Shown here: positions 53,529-54,811 of the stretch, one piece after another
Layout of the letters: the number at the start of each line of letters is the position of its first letter
Numbering within the stretch: the stretch's first letter is position 1
Virus record (IMG/VR): IMGVR_UViG_3300036806_000054
Coordinates: 1-54,811 of that record
From: a virus
Taxonomy: Duplodnaviria; Caudoviricetes
Length of the DNA stretch: 54,811 nucleotides
Strand: one strand, 5' to 3'
Made by a program: the position numbers and the translations under genes
The notes under the pieces: model-generated
What the model was told of the DNA's origin: nothing
The model's input: the letters and a program-made list of their open reading frames with translations, nothing else
Databases searched by the model: none

Positions 53529-54811
53529 TTAAGGCTGTGGCCCGATTCTAACCATCCAGAATTCAGGGCTATAATTCCCTGCCGCATTTACATTCAACGC
53601 ACCACCAGAGTCTTGGTACACTACCAATTCAACATAATCATTAGCAGCCAAACTATAGAGAGCACCTATGGAGAGTGCTGTTACGTTGCCGCCTCCCGCT
53701 AATGGAGGGCTTTCAATCAGATCAATGAAAATTGTTCCGTTTAATCTAATTCCAATCAGGCGAATATTTCCACCACCTGCCGCAAAAGTGGCCGAGCCGC
53801 CGATTTCATATAGACCTGCCGTGGTTGCGGTCAATCGAGAGGTATTCGATGAAGTTGAATGAATTGTGTCGTTATCCCAGCGCTCAGAATCCAGCGTAAG
53901 AGCCGTATATGTAACATCAGCTATTGAAAGGTTGCCGCTATTGTAAGCCCTCGCTGAATTGCCGCTAGCGCCCAGACTCTCAATCTTATCTCTGACTGCG
54001 TTTTTAGTTGGAAGACCTAGATTTCCATTCCACGTCGTTGCGTCATAAGCATCATCAGTTGCCAGAGCAGCCTTACCTGAATATGGCGCGAGGATCAGAT
54101 CACCACTCGCGTTAGTTTCGATTAGTGATGAGTGTCCCGCCTCGTCTCGTATCTCTAACGCGGAAGTAAAGAGTTGAAGATGAGGCAAGGCGTAACTGAT
54201 GTTATTTGTAGACTTGAATCCATAGGTCGCGCCTAACCCAAAGAACTTATCTTGACCAAGTTGAATGATTGAAGGATATTCCCCGGCTGACGGGCTTGTA
54301 TTGATCCAGTTGATCCAACTATTACCTCCGGCGCTCGTATTCGTGATCACAACGGAAACTGGGCCAGCAAGATAGAGGGCGATGCGATCACTAAGATTAG
54401 AGTTAAAACTAGAATGGCTAATTCCGACCGTGCCCGTGTTGACGTGATAGGCCGAGACATGAACGAACGAAGCCAAAGCGCTTCCTGCGTCGGTGAAGCA
54501 ATGCTCCAAAGTCATCGAAGTGTAGACAGCGTTATAGCGATGTGAAAGATCGGCAGTCAGGAAAAACGCATAGCCTGCCGCGCTTGTTGGCCCTTCCAGA
54601 TCGTAGCAATGAACGAGGAAGGCTGATGCGTTGCGTATCAATCCGCTGTTTGCGGAGTTGGAATCACCGCCTGAATAGAACTGGCATCCATTGAAATAAA
54701 TATTTCCGGTCTGGTTTCCATGCAGATCAACGCCCCACGCTTTACCTGAAAGATTGCAGTTATTGAAATGTTGCTCCGATGTTGTATGCGCGCCGCTTGA
54801 GGCTGATCTAA
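53529..54811 (-). CDS. Tail fibre, 3' part (C-terminal C1q/TNF-like beta domain)
   Basis: In frame with 1..1706 across the junction; ARAY...D.ER.D...H.....SRLT...AGLY...DYVELVVYQDSG. Confidence 0.85.
   Translation of the reverse strand, partial: RSASSGAHTTSEQHFNNCNLSGKAWGVDLHGNQTGNIYFNGCQFYSGGDSNSANSGLIRNASAFLVHCYDLEGPTSAAGYAFFLTADLSHRYNAVYTSMTLEHCFTDAGSALASFVHVSAYHVNTGTVGISHSSFNSNLSDRIALYLAGPVSVVITNTSAGGNSWINWINTSPSAGEYPSIIQLGQDKFFGLGATYGFKSTNNISYALPHLQLFTSALEIRDEAGHSSLIETNASGDLILAPYSGKAALATDDAYDATTWNGNLGLPTKNAVRDKIESLGASGNSARAYNSGNLSIADVTYTALTLDSERWDNDTIHSTSSNTSRLTATTAGLYEIGGSATFAAGGGNIRLIGIRLNGTIFIDLIESPPLAGGGNVTALSIGALYSLAANDYVELVVYQDSGGALNVNAAGNYSPEFWMVRIGPQP
54685..54811. repeat. Terminal direct repeat (circular assembly overlap), copy 2
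   Basis: Identical to bases 1-127. Confidence 0.95.

Noticed and set aside
54685-54811. Biological terminal repeat
   Set aside because: It is exactly 127 bp and lies mid-gene, so it is best explained as an assembler k-mer overlap.

Overview
This window is an apparently complete circular genome of a tailed dsDNA phage (siphovirus type). It is about 54,684 bp long, because bases 1-127 are repeated at 54685-54811 as an assembly overlap. The late morphogenesis genes run on the minus strand from about 24.2 kb down through the junction: terminase, DUF4055 portal, scaffold, capsid, neck, two tail-tube-like genes, tape measure, a GTA-type tail tip, and a 953-aa tail fibre that spans the junction. 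They continue into a PAS/membrane/lysis block at 53.5-48.3 kb. A divergent promoter/operator switch at 27.8 kb drives a plus-strand early region (recombination, a lambda-O-like replication protein with iterons, NinG-like). No integrase was seen. Two IS1595-family elements carry cargo: an intact one with a DNA methyltransferase, and one lacking an end that carries an EcoRI-like methylase, a DUF262-HNH nuclease and an AlbA_2/HATPase protein. The most striking candidate for an undescribed system occurs twice (30.6-31.5 kb and 50.8-51.5 kb). Each copy has a divergently transcribed ~70-nt sRNA complementary to the 5' end of a ~370-390-nt highly structured non-coding RNA, followed by a small basic EndoVII-like zinc-finger protein that lacks the catalytic residues. 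A separate ~700-bp array of four structured RNAs (two tRNA-like) precedes a minimal HNH gene at 43.5-44.4 kb. All family assignments come from motif recognition by eye and all RNA folds from manual base-pairing; no searches were run.
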